Origin: Eledone cirrhosa
Lineage: Eukaryota
Reading direction: 5' to 3'
Length of the DNA stretch: 64,000 bases
Assembly: GCA_964016885.1 (NCBI GenBank)
Contig: OZ024740.1
Span: 101,370,001 to 101,434,000, forward strand
Both the position numbers and the translations under genes were made by a program. The notes beneath the pieces are model-generated. The model saw only the letters and a list, made by a program, of their open reading frames with translations. It was not told the origin of the DNA and made no database searches. Positions 1 through 11,723 of the stretch are shown here, piece after piece. Each line of letters begins with the position of its first letter. The first letter of the stretch is position 1.

Positions 1-802
1 ATGCAGTATGACTCAGTGTGTCACAAGGCTGACATTTTGAATTACAGTTTAAACTAATTTTTATTAGCTTCTGATCAGTTTCTCTCTATCTAGTATCACT
101 CACAATGCATGAATCAGCCTGAGATTATAGTAAAAGACACTTACCCAAGATACCCCACAGTGGATCAAACCCAGAATTTAATGATTAAAAACTGAACTAA
201 TCATTTGGCCATGCTGTGTGCTATATAAACTATACCTAAAATAAGATGTGTTGATCATGGCTGTAATGTCATTGATCACAAGTCTGCCGACTCATGACTA
301 AACAACAAAAAGAGCTACAACAACAATCTGCAATAGTTTGGAGTCTTAACCAGGGAGCAATTATTTTCTTTCATCTATGCAACATCATAAAGCCAGAGCT
401 AATCACAAGTAGTCAATCAGCACTTAATATGTATTGATTTATTGTTAGTTATTAGTGCACATGTGTATGTATGAATGCACACCTATATTCAAACTTAGTT
501 GCATATCTAAAGTTTGATATGTAAATGTATAGAAAGCTTGATATGTAGATATATCTAAAAATTTCTGTATGTAGATACAAAGTTTTATATGTACATATAC
601 CCAAAATCATATATGTTGCTATATCCAAAAGTTTATATATATAGATACATAAAAAATTGTGTGTAGATTCTTACAAATCTTGATATGTCGATTTCAGAAA
701 AGGTTCTTGGTTAGAAAAAGGATTATTTTTTTCGTTTGTAAAATATATATATATATATATACGATATTAAATAAATGGAAACTATATTTATAAAACCATA
801 TT

Positions 803-868
803 TATTTCATTATATATATTTCAGGGATATCATATTAACAATATGCTATGCCTTCCTCAGACAAAATA
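803..868 (-). ncRNA. Minimal type I hammerhead ribozyme motif (F1 left arm)
   Basis: TATTTTGT-CTGAGGA-AGG[long stem II]CCT-GAAA-TATATA-TA-ATGAAATA; stem I pairs with G-U wobbles; palindromic stem III. Confidence 0.65.
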
Positions 869-1022
869 CAATATAGACAGTTTTATAGATAAATAGATTT
901 GACATACCGTTCAACATCGACTTGTATTTGAAAAAAGTTGATTTGGCAGATCAACTTTTTCAAATACAAGTCGATGTTGAACGGTATGTCAAATCTATTT
1001 ATCTATAAAACTGTCTATATTG

Positions 1023-1088
1023 TATTTTGTCTGAGGAAGGCATAGCATATTGTTAATATGATATCCCTGAAATAGATATAATGAAATA
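1023..1088 (+). ncRNA. Minimal type I hammerhead ribozyme motif (F1 right arm)
   Basis: CTGAGGA-AGGCATAGCATATT-GTT-AATATGATATCCCT-GAAA-TAGATA-TA-ATGAAATA; one substitution in stem III relative to the left arm. Confidence 0.6.
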
Positions 1089-1093
1089 AATAT

Positions 1094-2398
1094 CATCATC
1101 ATCATCATCATCAACGTTTAACGTCCGTGTTCCACGCTTGCATGGGTTTGGACGGGGGTAGTCCCACTTGAGGCAAGAGGGATTGTCTTGCTCGCATAGG
1201 ACTGTCTGGCAGGTTTTCTACAGTTGGATGCCCTTCCTAACACCAACCACATTTACAGTGTGGGTCTGGGAGGTTTTTACCGTGTTGCCTACATGGCTAC
1301 ATTACAGCGTGGACTGTGTGTTTTTTTGTCGTGACACCTACACGATCTCATTTGTTTCGGCCTGGATGGCGCGGCACCAACATAACTTTACATAGAACGG
1401 GGTGGTGTGGATGGGGTGGGGGTGGTGGTGGGACGGGGTGTATTTTGTTAGAGATGCCTACTGGCTGGAGTAGGTTTTACTATATATTTAGGTAAGGCGG
1501 GTCTTCTCTGTTACTGAGTACCGCCAAAGGTCTCGGTCCAGTGACATTGTCTTGGAGAGGTGTAAGTGTGTGATGTCGGAGTTTATCAGCTCGTCCCAGG
1601 TTTTTCTAGGTCTGCCTATTCCGTGACTACCGTCTATCTTTATTGCCCTGCACTTTGTTATACAGCTATCGACTTTCATGCGCATCACGTGTCCATACCA
1701 ACGTAGCCTTCTCTCGAGTAAACAACATCTGATCCCTCTTATCTCTAATTTTTTCCTTAGTTCGTTTATGCTTTGCCGTTCAAGTATATTACTGTTACAC
1801 ATCCAGCGGAGCATGCAAGCTTCGTTCCTCTCTAGTCTGCGTATATCCTCTGCACACAATGCCCAGGTCTCACTGCCATGCAGCATTGCTGTTCGTATGC
1901 AGGCATCGTACAACCTGCCTTTCGTTTTTAGGGAGAACCCTTTAGCAGCTAATAGTGGTATAAGCTCTCTGAACTTTTTCCAACCAGTTCTGACTCTAGC
2001 TACAGTACTTTCAGAGCACCCTCCCCCACTGCTGATTTTATCGCCCAGGTAACGGAAGCTGTCCACTATTGCTATAGAACCCTCTGCGCAATTGAAAGAG
2101 CTAGTATTTTGTGGGCACTTGCTGCTACTTATTGCACCAGAACACCGGCCACATGAAAATCTATGTTCTTAGTTAGCTTACCTGTGATCCCACTACATCT
2201 TTTATGCACCCATACTTTGCATTTAGGACATAAAATGGAGTTTCTACCTACGCCTTTCCTACACACCGAGCACAACCATTTCCCAGAAGGGACCGCCGCC
2301 TTGTTTTCTTTCCTACAAACTAGTACTTTGGTCTTAGCCAGGTTAATTTTAAGTCCTTTTGACTCTAGGCCGTGCTTCCATGTTTGGAATTTCTTCTC
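1094..2398 (-). mobile_element. RTE-clade LINE family A, 5'-truncated, frameshifted RT C-terminus
   Basis: ORF pieces GLKINLAKTKVL, FRYLGD, MLHGSETW, RLRWYGHVMR; (GAT)n tail at 1094-1113; candidate TSD AAATAT at 1088-1093 and 2400-2405; highly similar to 59636-62893. Confidence 0.95.
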
Positions 2399-2399
2399 C

Positions 2400-2530
2400 A
2401 AATATGGTTTTATAAATATAGTTTCCATTTATTTAATATCGTAAATATACTCCAAATACTTGTTGAGTGCTTTTATATCAGTTATAAATATTTACTAGTT
2501 GTAACCCAACAATTTAAATATAACTTTCCA
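2400..2530 (+). mobile_element. Remainder of F1 right arm plus ~90-bp unpaired 3' tail
   Basis: 2400-2442 is the reverse complement of 762-804; the rest matches the reverse complement of 30806-30894; ends at (TA)n. Confidence 0.8.
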
Positions 2531-2554
2531 TATATATATATATATATATATATT

Positions 2555-4003
2555 CATAACCTGATGGATCAGGTTATAAAAGTGGCAGAAAGGATATTAG
2601 CACAACTAATTAGAGAAAGGGTCAAACTAGATGAGATGCAGTTTGGTTTTGTGCCTGGGAAGAGTACAATAGATTCCCTCTTCTTGGTGAGACAATTGCA
2701 AGAGAGGTTCTTAGAGAAAAATAAGCCACTATACTTAGCCTTTGTTGACCTAGAGAAGGCCTTTGATAGGGTACCCCGATCTGTCATCTGGTAGTCCCTA
2801 AGGAAGCTAGGTGTTGAGGAATGGCTTGTGAGGACAGTGCAAACTTTGTACAGAGGTACTCTCAGTAAAGTGAGGGTAGAAATAGAGTTTAGTGAGGAAT
2901 TCCAGATACAAGTAGGAGTACATCAAGGTTCGGTCCTTAGCCCGCTCTTGTTCATTATAGTCCTCCAAGCCATAACAGAGGAGTTTAAGACTGGCTGTCC
3001 ATGGGAACTTCTCTATGCGGACGATCTGGTTCTTATAGCAGAATCAGTAGAGGAGCTAGAGAATAAATTCTGGCTATGGAAACAGCAGTTGGAAGCAAGA
3101 GGACTGAGAGTGAACCGAGCTAAGACAAAAGTGTTGATGAGTAGAAAAGAGGACAAAACTCTGATTTCATCAGGGAAATGGCCATGTTCGATATGCAGAA
3201 AAGGAACTGGCATAAATTCTATAAAGTGCACACAATGCAGATCCTGGGTACACAAGAGATGTAGCGGGATAGCAGGAAAACTAACAGGTAGGGAGAAATA
3301 TGTATGCAGTAGATGTACAGGGAAATTAGACAGTAGAAGTCGCACTGATAGACACATTTTTCAAATGCAGGAGGGCGCTATAGAAGTGGTGGATAGCTTC
3401 CGGTACCTAGGAGATCAGATTAGCATGGGAGGAGGGTGTTCCGAGGCCATAGTATCTAGAATAAGGATGGGTTGGAAGAAGTTTAGGGAGCTGATTCCTC
3501 TGCTGACGAAGAAGGGTTTCTCCCTGCGTACGAAAGGCCGGAGATATGATGCCTGTGTGAGGAGTGCGATACTGCATGGTAGTGAGACATGGGCAGCAAC
3601 TGCAGAGGATATGCAACAGCTGGAGAGAAATGAGGCAGCATGCTCCATTGGATGTGCAGTGTAAATGTGCATGAACGACCCAGCATGAATGCGTTGTGAG
3701 AGAAACTGTCTGAGAGGGATAGAATGTAGTGTACGGGAGAGGAGACTGAGGTGGTAAGGACATGTGATGCGCATGGAGGAAGACCGATGGGTGAAGAAGT
3801 GTCAGGAAATGCCAGTTGAAGGAAGACGTGGTAGAAGTAGACCACGAAAAACATGGGCGGAGGTGGTGAGAACAGACCTCAGATCGTTGAAACTCACGGT
3901 AAGGATGATGAAGGACTGTGACGAGTGGAGAGATGCTTTGCTGAATAAGACCCGTCCCACCCTTGCAAGCAGGGAAAAGCGGATGTAAAATGATGATGAT
4001 GAT
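2555..4003 (+). mobile_element. RTE-clade LINE family B, 5'-truncated RT pseudogene
   Basis: QFGFVPG, FVDLEKAFDRVPR, GVHQGSVLSPLLF, LLYADDLVL motifs with stops/frameshift; terminal hairpin and (GAT)n tail; flanked by (TA)n. Confidence 0.95.
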
Positions 4004-4234
4004 ATATATATAGTGTGTGTGTGTGTGTGTTAGTTAAGTATGCAACAACATGTGCAGTTTAGATGTGTCTTTGCACATATAAGCTTATATATTTGATGAG
4101 ATGTGAAAAAAGTTGGGCACCATCACCTTGATTGTACCCTGAGCCGATTGATATCAAAACAAGTGTAATATGCAAATAAAAAATTTGTACATATGTTGCT
4201 ACACTAACTTCAACTCTTTTAAATCTATCTATAG

Positions 4235-4290
<56 letters not shown>

Positions 4291-5454
4291 CTACAACTTT
4301 ATCTATATTGTATTTCCCCTTTGCTCTGATTCCTCCGATATGTTTTTATATACTTCCATCTTACTACATCACTACCCTAGCTATGAAGGCGTTTTATTTA
4401 TGTATTTTACTTTTTACTTTTATTAGTTTATTAATGTATTTTTATCAATGTATTCTTTATCTTTGTATTTTATCTTTGTATCCTGCCTTTATTTATTTGT
4501 AACTTTCCTTACTCAGGTCATTATGCACCTTTCATAGCCCCCTACCCACCAAAGAACCACACTACTTATAACCCGGACTAACTGGGACTTTAAAATAATT
4601 ATAGTCTATTTGCACTTTTCATTGGGTTTTGCTACCTTCGAATGATGTTGCTTTTCCCGGCTGCGCGCCGGGCACTCGGAAGGTTCAGCCTTCCTTGAGT
4701 GCTTGGAAAAATAAATTTCCCCTCTTTCGGTAAACGAAATTACTCGGAGCGGCTTGCTTTGCCCCGGGCCCGCCACGCCGCCTGTTTTGACTGCCATATT
4801 ATACTTATACCTATAAACTCTAGGCTTAGGCATAACTGTTAGCTGTATCATGCCTCTAGTGGCACGTAAATAAACCCCTCATGTGTGAATTAATAGTATT
4901 CGTTTGGTATAGACGATGGCTTGCCGACTCGGAAATATTAATTTCCATTTCTTTCGCTGGATGATACCACTCGAAACTGGCTGACACGTGGTTAGGAGGT
5001 GCTGGCTGGGATTCACAATCGAAGGTTTTAATCTTTACTCTATATCCCACCCTGATATCTTATCGAGATTAACTTTTTCATATAAGACTCTCTCTGTAAG
5101 TTCATTAAATAAATTTTCTAATAATTTTTCTTATTTATTTATTTTTCAATTTATTATTTTTTAATTTAATTTCATCCTATAACTCGTAACATAAGTTTAA
5201 CGTTCCAATTTTCTGTTCACACATTAGACCATACAGGCACCCATTATATATGCTTTTGTTAAAATATAGATTCTTTGGAATAACATTTTTCACAGCGTTT
5301 TCTAGCATGACTGATTTGTGACCCTTATGCTGACTTCTTTCTTTTTTCTTCTTTCTTTCTTTCTTTCTTCCCCTTTTCTATTCTTTGACAGAGAGGTGAT
5401 AGTACATTATAAGCCTTCACCCCTTCACCAGATGGTCATTAGCAGACCGAGTAG

Positions 5455-5677
5455 CCTTCACTTTGAGAGCGACTGGCCGAGGTGAAGGCAGCTAGTTGGT
5501 CAGTCGTCCTTTCTGTCTCTGATTTTTCGGACCCATGGTTTTTACATATTCCTTTGTTATATTTCGAATACCTCATGATATCACCAGATTCATATGGAAC
5601 CCGGTCATTGAAGTGATCATAGTATAATAAACCTTTCAAGGATTTACACCAGTCCAGCCTCCTGTTATTTTATTTAT
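5455..5677 (+). repeat. Dispersed repeat (possible PLE 3' end), related to 63008-63232
   Basis: Clear inverted similarity to 63008-63232 (e.g. CCAGTCCAGCCTCCTGTTATTTTA); AATAAA near end; only a degenerate HHR-like stretch. Confidence 0.6.
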
Positions 5678-5934
5678 ATGAGATCGTGTAGGTGTCACGA
5701 CAAAAAAACACACAGTCCACGCTGTAATGTGGCCGTGTAGGCAACACGGTAAAAACCTCCCAGACCCACACTGTAAATGTGGTTGGTGTTAGGAAGGGCA
5801 TCCAACTGTAGAAAACCTGCCAGACAGTCCTATGCGAGCAAGAAAATCACTCTTGCCTCAAGTGGGACTACCCCCGTCCAAACCCATGCAAGCGTGGAAC
5901 ACGGACGTTAAACGTTGATGATGATGATGATGAT
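5678..5934 (+). mobile_element. RTE family A 3' UTR-only insertion
   Basis: Reverse complement of 1094-1350; ends in (GAT)n followed by (TA)n. Confidence 0.9.
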
Positions 5935-5949
5935 ATATATATATATATA

Positions 5950-6322
5950 AATCCAGGGGTTGTAACATGAATTTACAGTAGGTTCATCCAGGTGAGTACT
6001 CGATGTTTAGATTCACGTCTGTAGCGAGGTGTAGAGCAAAAGAGAGTGTAAATATAATATTACAGGAACGATTTGTTAAGCCTTCATTATGTTTATTGAT
6101 TGGTGACGTGCGTTTTGGTATTGATGAGCTCAAGGATCAATCTGTATCGATCGAGCCCGACTCTGGAATCTAAAGCTCATCGGACCTCTGTTGTTGCAGA
6201 GGTCTGATGAACTTTTTATTCCAGAGTCAGGCCAGATCGATACAGATCGAACCTTGAGCTGATCAATAGCAAAATGCACGTCACCAATCAATAAACATAA
6301 TGAAAGCTTAACAAATCGTCCC
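5950..6322. repeat. Imperfect fold-back module with ~115-bp one-sided tail
   Basis: Arms ~6065-6190 and ~6197-6322 around loop TTGTTG; about 12 mismatches in the inner 89 bp; bounded by (TA)n on both sides. Confidence 0.75.
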
Positions 6323-6342
6323 TATATATATATATATATATA

Positions 6343-6419
<77 letters not shown>

Positions 6420-7076
6420 TATATATATTGTGTGTGCGTGTGTGTATATACATATATATATATATATATATACACACACATATGCAGTCGTCCACTGCTT
6501 TTAACTACAGGTACTAAATATGGTTAATAGTATTTTATTAGTTAGTCTGACCCAGCAGCCTTTAGCTCTGGAGTTTTCCCTGATACTTCCTAAAACAGGA
6601 AACACCTGGTTTTTCCTCCTTGAGGAGTCAGCCACAGACCTGGGAACATCCAGATTAATAAGATGAGTTCGTTTTCCTGTTGTTTGTAAACTGAAATGCA
6701 TATACATACTTAAGTGTGCATGTTTTTTTTCTGTGTGTGTACACATCTTTGAAGTTGTTGAAAGAAAAATGGTTAGAATATTCTACATAGTACTGCAAAG
6801 TTTTTCAGTTTGTGTTTATATGAGGGGAAAATCTCTTCACTGTTCATTTTGATAACCCTGTCACTGCAAGGTTACTACATGAGAATTTTGTTACATAGCT
6901 TGCCAAATCAAAAACTGCATGTGAGCAGGAAGTTATTATCAAAATTTTGAAGAGTTGTAGCTTCTGTACCAGTTCAATAGTTCCATATAAATGTTTGTTT
7001 TATTTCATAAAGTTGATAAAATGTTCACATATACACTCATGCATATCAGTATTCAACCTGTCAACACAGTCAATGA

Positions 7077-7183
<107 letters not shown>

Positions 7184-7313
7184 GTGAGGTTTTTTTTACA
7201 AAGTGAAAAATAACCGAGGTGTCCTACACGAGTGGAAGTATAAAGAAAAAGGGATGAAATCGAAAATGCAACTGAAGTCTTATTTTTTTTTTTAAATATA
7301 TATTTATTTGGTT

Positions 7314-7351
7314 CCTTTACCGGTTTCGCAGTTCTTCTGCTTTTCAAAAGG
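7314..7351 (-). ncRNA. Minimal hammerhead, U3-A8 core variant
   Basis: CCTT-TTGAAAA-GCAG-AAGAA-CTGC-GAAA-CCGG-TA-AAGG. Confidence 0.7.
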
Positions 7352-7426
7352 TGAGTTGAGATGGAGGGTCTGTGGTTTTTCTCACATCTGATGTGAGAAA
7401 AACCACAGACCCTCCATCTCAACTCA

Positions 7427-7464
7427 CCTTTTGAAAAGCAGAAGAACTGCGAAACCGGTAGAGG
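7427..7464 (+). ncRNA. Minimal hammerhead, U3-A8 core variant
   Basis: CCTT-TTGAAAA-GCAG-AAGAA-CTGC-GAAA-CCGG-TA-GAGG; palindromic ACCGGT; GUA cleavage triplet. Confidence 0.7.
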
Positions 7465-7533
7465 AACCAAATAAATATATATATTTTTAAAAAAAATAAG
7501 ACTTCAGTTGCATTTTCGATTTCATCCCTTTTT

Positions 7534-7576
<43 letters not shown>

Positions 7577-7852
7577 ATGTATATAGATGTGCATAGTTTC
7601 TCCGTATGTCTCTATTTATGTGCACAATTTTAGATGTACAAAGGAAAGATAAATGTAAAATATGCTGTGCAGATCAAATGAAAGAATATATGTGCATGAT
7701 GTCTGTATGTGTATTTATGTTTGGGTGACAGTGCATATGTACATGCCTCTGTGTGTGTTTGTGTTCATGTCTCTGTTCTTATGTACTGTCACCTCTCTCT
7801 CATACATGCACACATTCACATTTACCATCACCTTGTATGTAAGTATATACCT

Positions 7853-8030
7853 ATACGAGGGGGCATCAAACATTTCCCGGACTAGTTTTTAAAAAACTAA
7901 TATATTTACCTAAGTTTAAACATCATCTCCTTTGAAATAGTCATCTTGCACAGCAATAGACTGGTACCAGCATTCCAGCCAGTTTCGGAAGTAATTTTCC
8001 GTAAGCAAGTTGAGAACCTTCTGTAATTCA
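7853..8030. mobile_element. Mariner-like terminal fragment
   Basis: TA followed by CGAGGGGGCATCAAACATTTCCCGGACT, resembling mariner TIRs; truncated by an RTE. Confidence 0.45.
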
Positions 8031-8803
8031 CTTGGGATCCTGGGTAGACAAGAGATGTAGTGGGATAGCATGCAAACTAACAGGTAGGGAGAAATACGTA
8101 TGCAGTAGATGTACAGGGAAATTAAACAGTAGAAGTCGCATTGATAGACACATTTTTCAAATGCAGGCAGGTGCTATAAAACTGGTGGATAGCTTTCGGT
8201 ACCTAGGAGATCAGATTAGCATGGGAGGGGTGTGTTCCGAGGGCATAGTATCTAGAATAAGGACACGTTGGAAGAAGTTTAGGGAGCTGCTTCCTCTGCT
8301 GACGAAGAAGGGTTTCTCCCTGCATACAAAAGGCTGGTTATATGATGCCTGTGTGAGGAGCGCGATGCTGCATGGTAGTGAGACATGGGCAGCAACTGCA
8401 GAGGATATGCGACGGCTGGAGAGAAATGAGGCAAGCATGCTCCATTGGATGTGCAATGTCAATGTGCGTGAACGACCGAGCATGGATGTGTTGAGAGAGA
8501 AACTGTGTCTGAGAGGGATAGAATGTAGTGTACGAGAGAGGAGACTGCAGTGGTCTGGACATGTGATGCACATGGAAGATGACCGATGGGTGAAGAAGTG
8601 CCAGGAAATGCCAGTTGAAGGAAGACGTGGTAGAGGTAGACCACGAAAAACATGGGCGGAGGTGGTGAGAACAGACCTCAGATCGCTGAAGCTCACGGTG
8701 GAGATGACGAAGGACCGTGACAAGTGGAGAGATGCTGTGCTGAAAAAGACCCATCCCACCCTTGCAAGCAGGGAAAAGTGGACGTAAAATGATGATGATG
8801 ATG
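8031..8803 (+). mobile_element. RTE family B 3' fragment (251-aa open stretch)
   Basis: Highly similar to 3240-4003; FRYLGD...RGRGRPRKTW; (GAT)n tail. Confidence 0.95.
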
Positions 8804-8939
8804 TCGATGAAAGTGATTAAAAATATGACATATACAGTAATCCTGTATATGTCATAGCAATCCTGGACTCCAAAATTAAATATGTTCAACATTATTACCA
8901 TGAATATTGACAGCATGGCTCCACTAGTATGTATATAAA

Positions 8940-9740
8940 CATCATCACTATTTTATATCTCTTTTCTATACTGGCATGGGTTCGCCAGTGTGGTTTTTGA
9001 TGCATTATATTGTGGAACCAAAGCTACTATTTTACTGGGAGGGCTGAATATATTTTATCGTGCCACCAGAAACCAGGCACTAGGTTCATTCCAATGTGGC
9101 ATTAGCACATGGGCAATCATTGTGTCCTTAGATAAGCTCAGAGAGAGAGCGAGTGAAGGTAGATGAGAGCATTGTGAGAGGGGCACTGTACAACCAATAG
9201 CAACTACATGTTGCTGAGATATCCATCACTCACAGTTCTGGATCATGGGGGTGATCTTCAAGAAGCAGGGTTAAAAGCATGCTGAGAGTGGGTGTGGGAT
9301 GAAGTGGGGTATATTGGCAGGAGTGGAACCTAAATGTTGATATGTCTCTCAGCCTCGACATTATAATCCTCCTCATACTTGTTTCATTCTGCTAGTATAT
9401 GAGGACATGTCTTTTTTCATACATTAACTCACCAATTGACTTGATCGTGCATCATCTCTGGTGAGGTCAGCATTCAGCATGTCATTCATGTCTTTCTTTT
9501 CCACAGACTCCTTCAATTTTGCATGATTTGCACTTTATACATTTGACACCTTCCATATATATCACATGCATACACCAAGTCTTCTTTTTTACACTGATCC
9601 CGCTCTCTCTTATACCCATGTTTTTTTCATCCCATTAATGTATTGTCATTCATGTGCACTACTATTGCATATGAACCAGAGCATGATCTCTTCATTTCTT
9701 TCCAACCTACACAGATCCTCCAAGTTAAAAACTCAACCAC
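8940..9740 (-). mobile_element. Old, decayed RTE 3' end
   Basis: Degenerate similarity to the RT C-terminus (LERNE.MLxW) and CATCATC/GCATGGGTT terminus. Confidence 0.55.
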
Positions 9741-11676
9741 TTGACATTAATTTCACAAACAGGTTGTTCAGTTGATGAAGCAACTGCAACATTCATAGTC
9801 AGATCTGATAAAGGTTCAACACGTACACATATGTTTGCAAGAAGAAAAAAATACTCTATACTAAGTAATGTGAGTGGAAACATTTATTAGATACTGAAAC
9901 TTCACAAATTTTCTTTTCCAAGTTTCTCATTGCCGACCTTTGGGTGATTGTGAAAAAATAGAACATATGATTTGATATTTAAAGAACCTTCAGAAAGTTT
10001 TGAATAACATATAGCAACCATTGGTTCGTTTATGTGAAATAATAAAGGAATATTTCTTTGTAATATAAAAATTATTTTCTGTTTAAAAAGAAGAAAATGA
10101 AAAATAAATAATTAGGTTTGACCAGACATTGCACAGAGCTTGCAAAACTGAGCATTTCTGACCATTTATTCAAACTTCTATTGTCACCTTGAAATAAGAT
10201 TGCAATCTTTATTTGAATAGAATTGGCTGCACAATCTTGAATAAAATTTGTAATGATTGGCATATCAGAATATATTGCTAATGAAATTTAAGAAAAACAT
10301 TTTTCTATAAAGCTTTTTTCTATAAACCTATTTACATAGGTTTTATTTTGGTTTTTTTACAATGACAGTGTTAAAATATATTTTTTCTTCCAATTTTCCA
10401 CTTTTCAAATAATGAATAATGTTGCCAAACAATAATATAAAAATATTCTATTTTATATTAGCTGGTTATACTACTGAACATTTTGATTTAACCCTCCTAC
10501 CCTCACCTCCAGTATTGTAGCTATGGAAATGTGAGTATGCTGCTTTAGTTGACTCTTCTTTTTTAGTTGCGGGTGAATGCAGCACTTGATGTGTGATATG
10601 TATATTATGGAAGAGTAAAGCTGAAAGCCTGCTTCAGGTGGTACAAACACTAGCTACACCATTGCTACCACTTGAACCATAGCTGTTAGAAAAAGCATGT
10701 TAAAAAAGCATACTATGGGTGCAGAGTGCTTAGATCAGTCATATACTCCCTGGATATTATATCACACAGTGACATGATCTGCTAATCCCTGCCCAACTCA
10801 TAGCTCACACAGCACACTAAGTCCTGTTACTTTTCTGCACAACTCACTTTTATTTAGTTTATATATTTTTTTAATTTTAACTTAATTTCATCTAATTTTA
10901 TTTCCTTTATTTTAGTTTGTACTTTTAAAATTTTAATGTGATTTAATTTTACCATATTTATGCTTTCTAATTTTGTATATTTCTGATTGTTGATATTGGT
11001 TTCCTTTTTATGAGACTATCAACATATTTACCATGGATATGAAACAAACATTAGTTTATTATATCACCATATACTTTAGTTCTCCACTACCTCACTATGT
11101 CAATGAAATTCACATCAGACACCAGAAAACAAATGTTTTAAAAGAGGTAACAAACAAAATTAACTGGCAAACTGTCTCAAAAGTGTCTTGATTTGATTTA
11201 CTTGTTTGTATTTTTTTAGGGGACAAAGACAGCGTATGTTGTTATTGTGGTGGTGGTAGTGATTGTTTTAGTTGTTGGTGTTGTAATTGTATTGGTGGTG
11301 GTAGTGCAGGTGATAGTTGTTAGCATTTTTATTTTGGTGGTGGTAATGGTGGTATGAACGGAGGAGGATATGATAGAGGTTAGTAACTTTGAGCTGCTGA
11401 TATAGGAATGCAATAATACTGCTGGGGGTTTTGCCTGTTGATGTTGACAAATTTTGCCATTCTGCTCACATGAAAGTAATTCAGCTATCTAGAGTAGAGT
11501 AACTCCAGGGCTCTGTATTGATCTGTATCTATAGTATAGATCATGGATTCCAAATAGGGTTCAATGAGAAAATTCTGGTGTTAAATCTTTTGATAAAATT
11601 TAATAATTATTGAATATATCTACATATTTCTTATATAAATTACACAATAATCAAAACTATGTTCAAATCATTTTAT

Positions 11677-11723
11677 TGCTGACAATCGTTTCTTCTAAAC
11701 TTTTGTTTGAAATCCTCGGAGCA
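11677..11723 (-). ncRNA. Solo minimal hammerhead motif with one core substitution
   Basis: TGCT-CCGAGGA-TTTCAAAC-AAAA-GTTTAGAA-GAAA-CGATTG-TC-AGCA followed directly by AATAAA. Confidence 0.55.

Larger units (their letters stand above)
762..1093. mobile_element. Fold-back (inverted) HHR-bearing module, family F1, probably PLE-derived; right arm interrupted by an RTE
   Basis: Near-perfect inverted arms ~798-942 and ~950-1093 around loop TTGGCAG; starts at (TA)n; the arm continues at 2400; same family as 30806-31289. Confidence 0.8.

Noticed and set aside
5560-5615. Hammerhead-like CTCATGA...GAACCCGGTC (also ~63070-63120)
   Set aside because: Core deviates in both copies and stem I does not pair properly.
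6501-6746. 81-aa minus-strand ORF with a possible acceptor
   Set aside because: No recognisable homology or clear donor site.
11220-11360. Val-rich frame after an AG acceptor resembling a transmembrane exon
   Set aside because: Explained by decayed GGT/GTT trinucleotide repeat.
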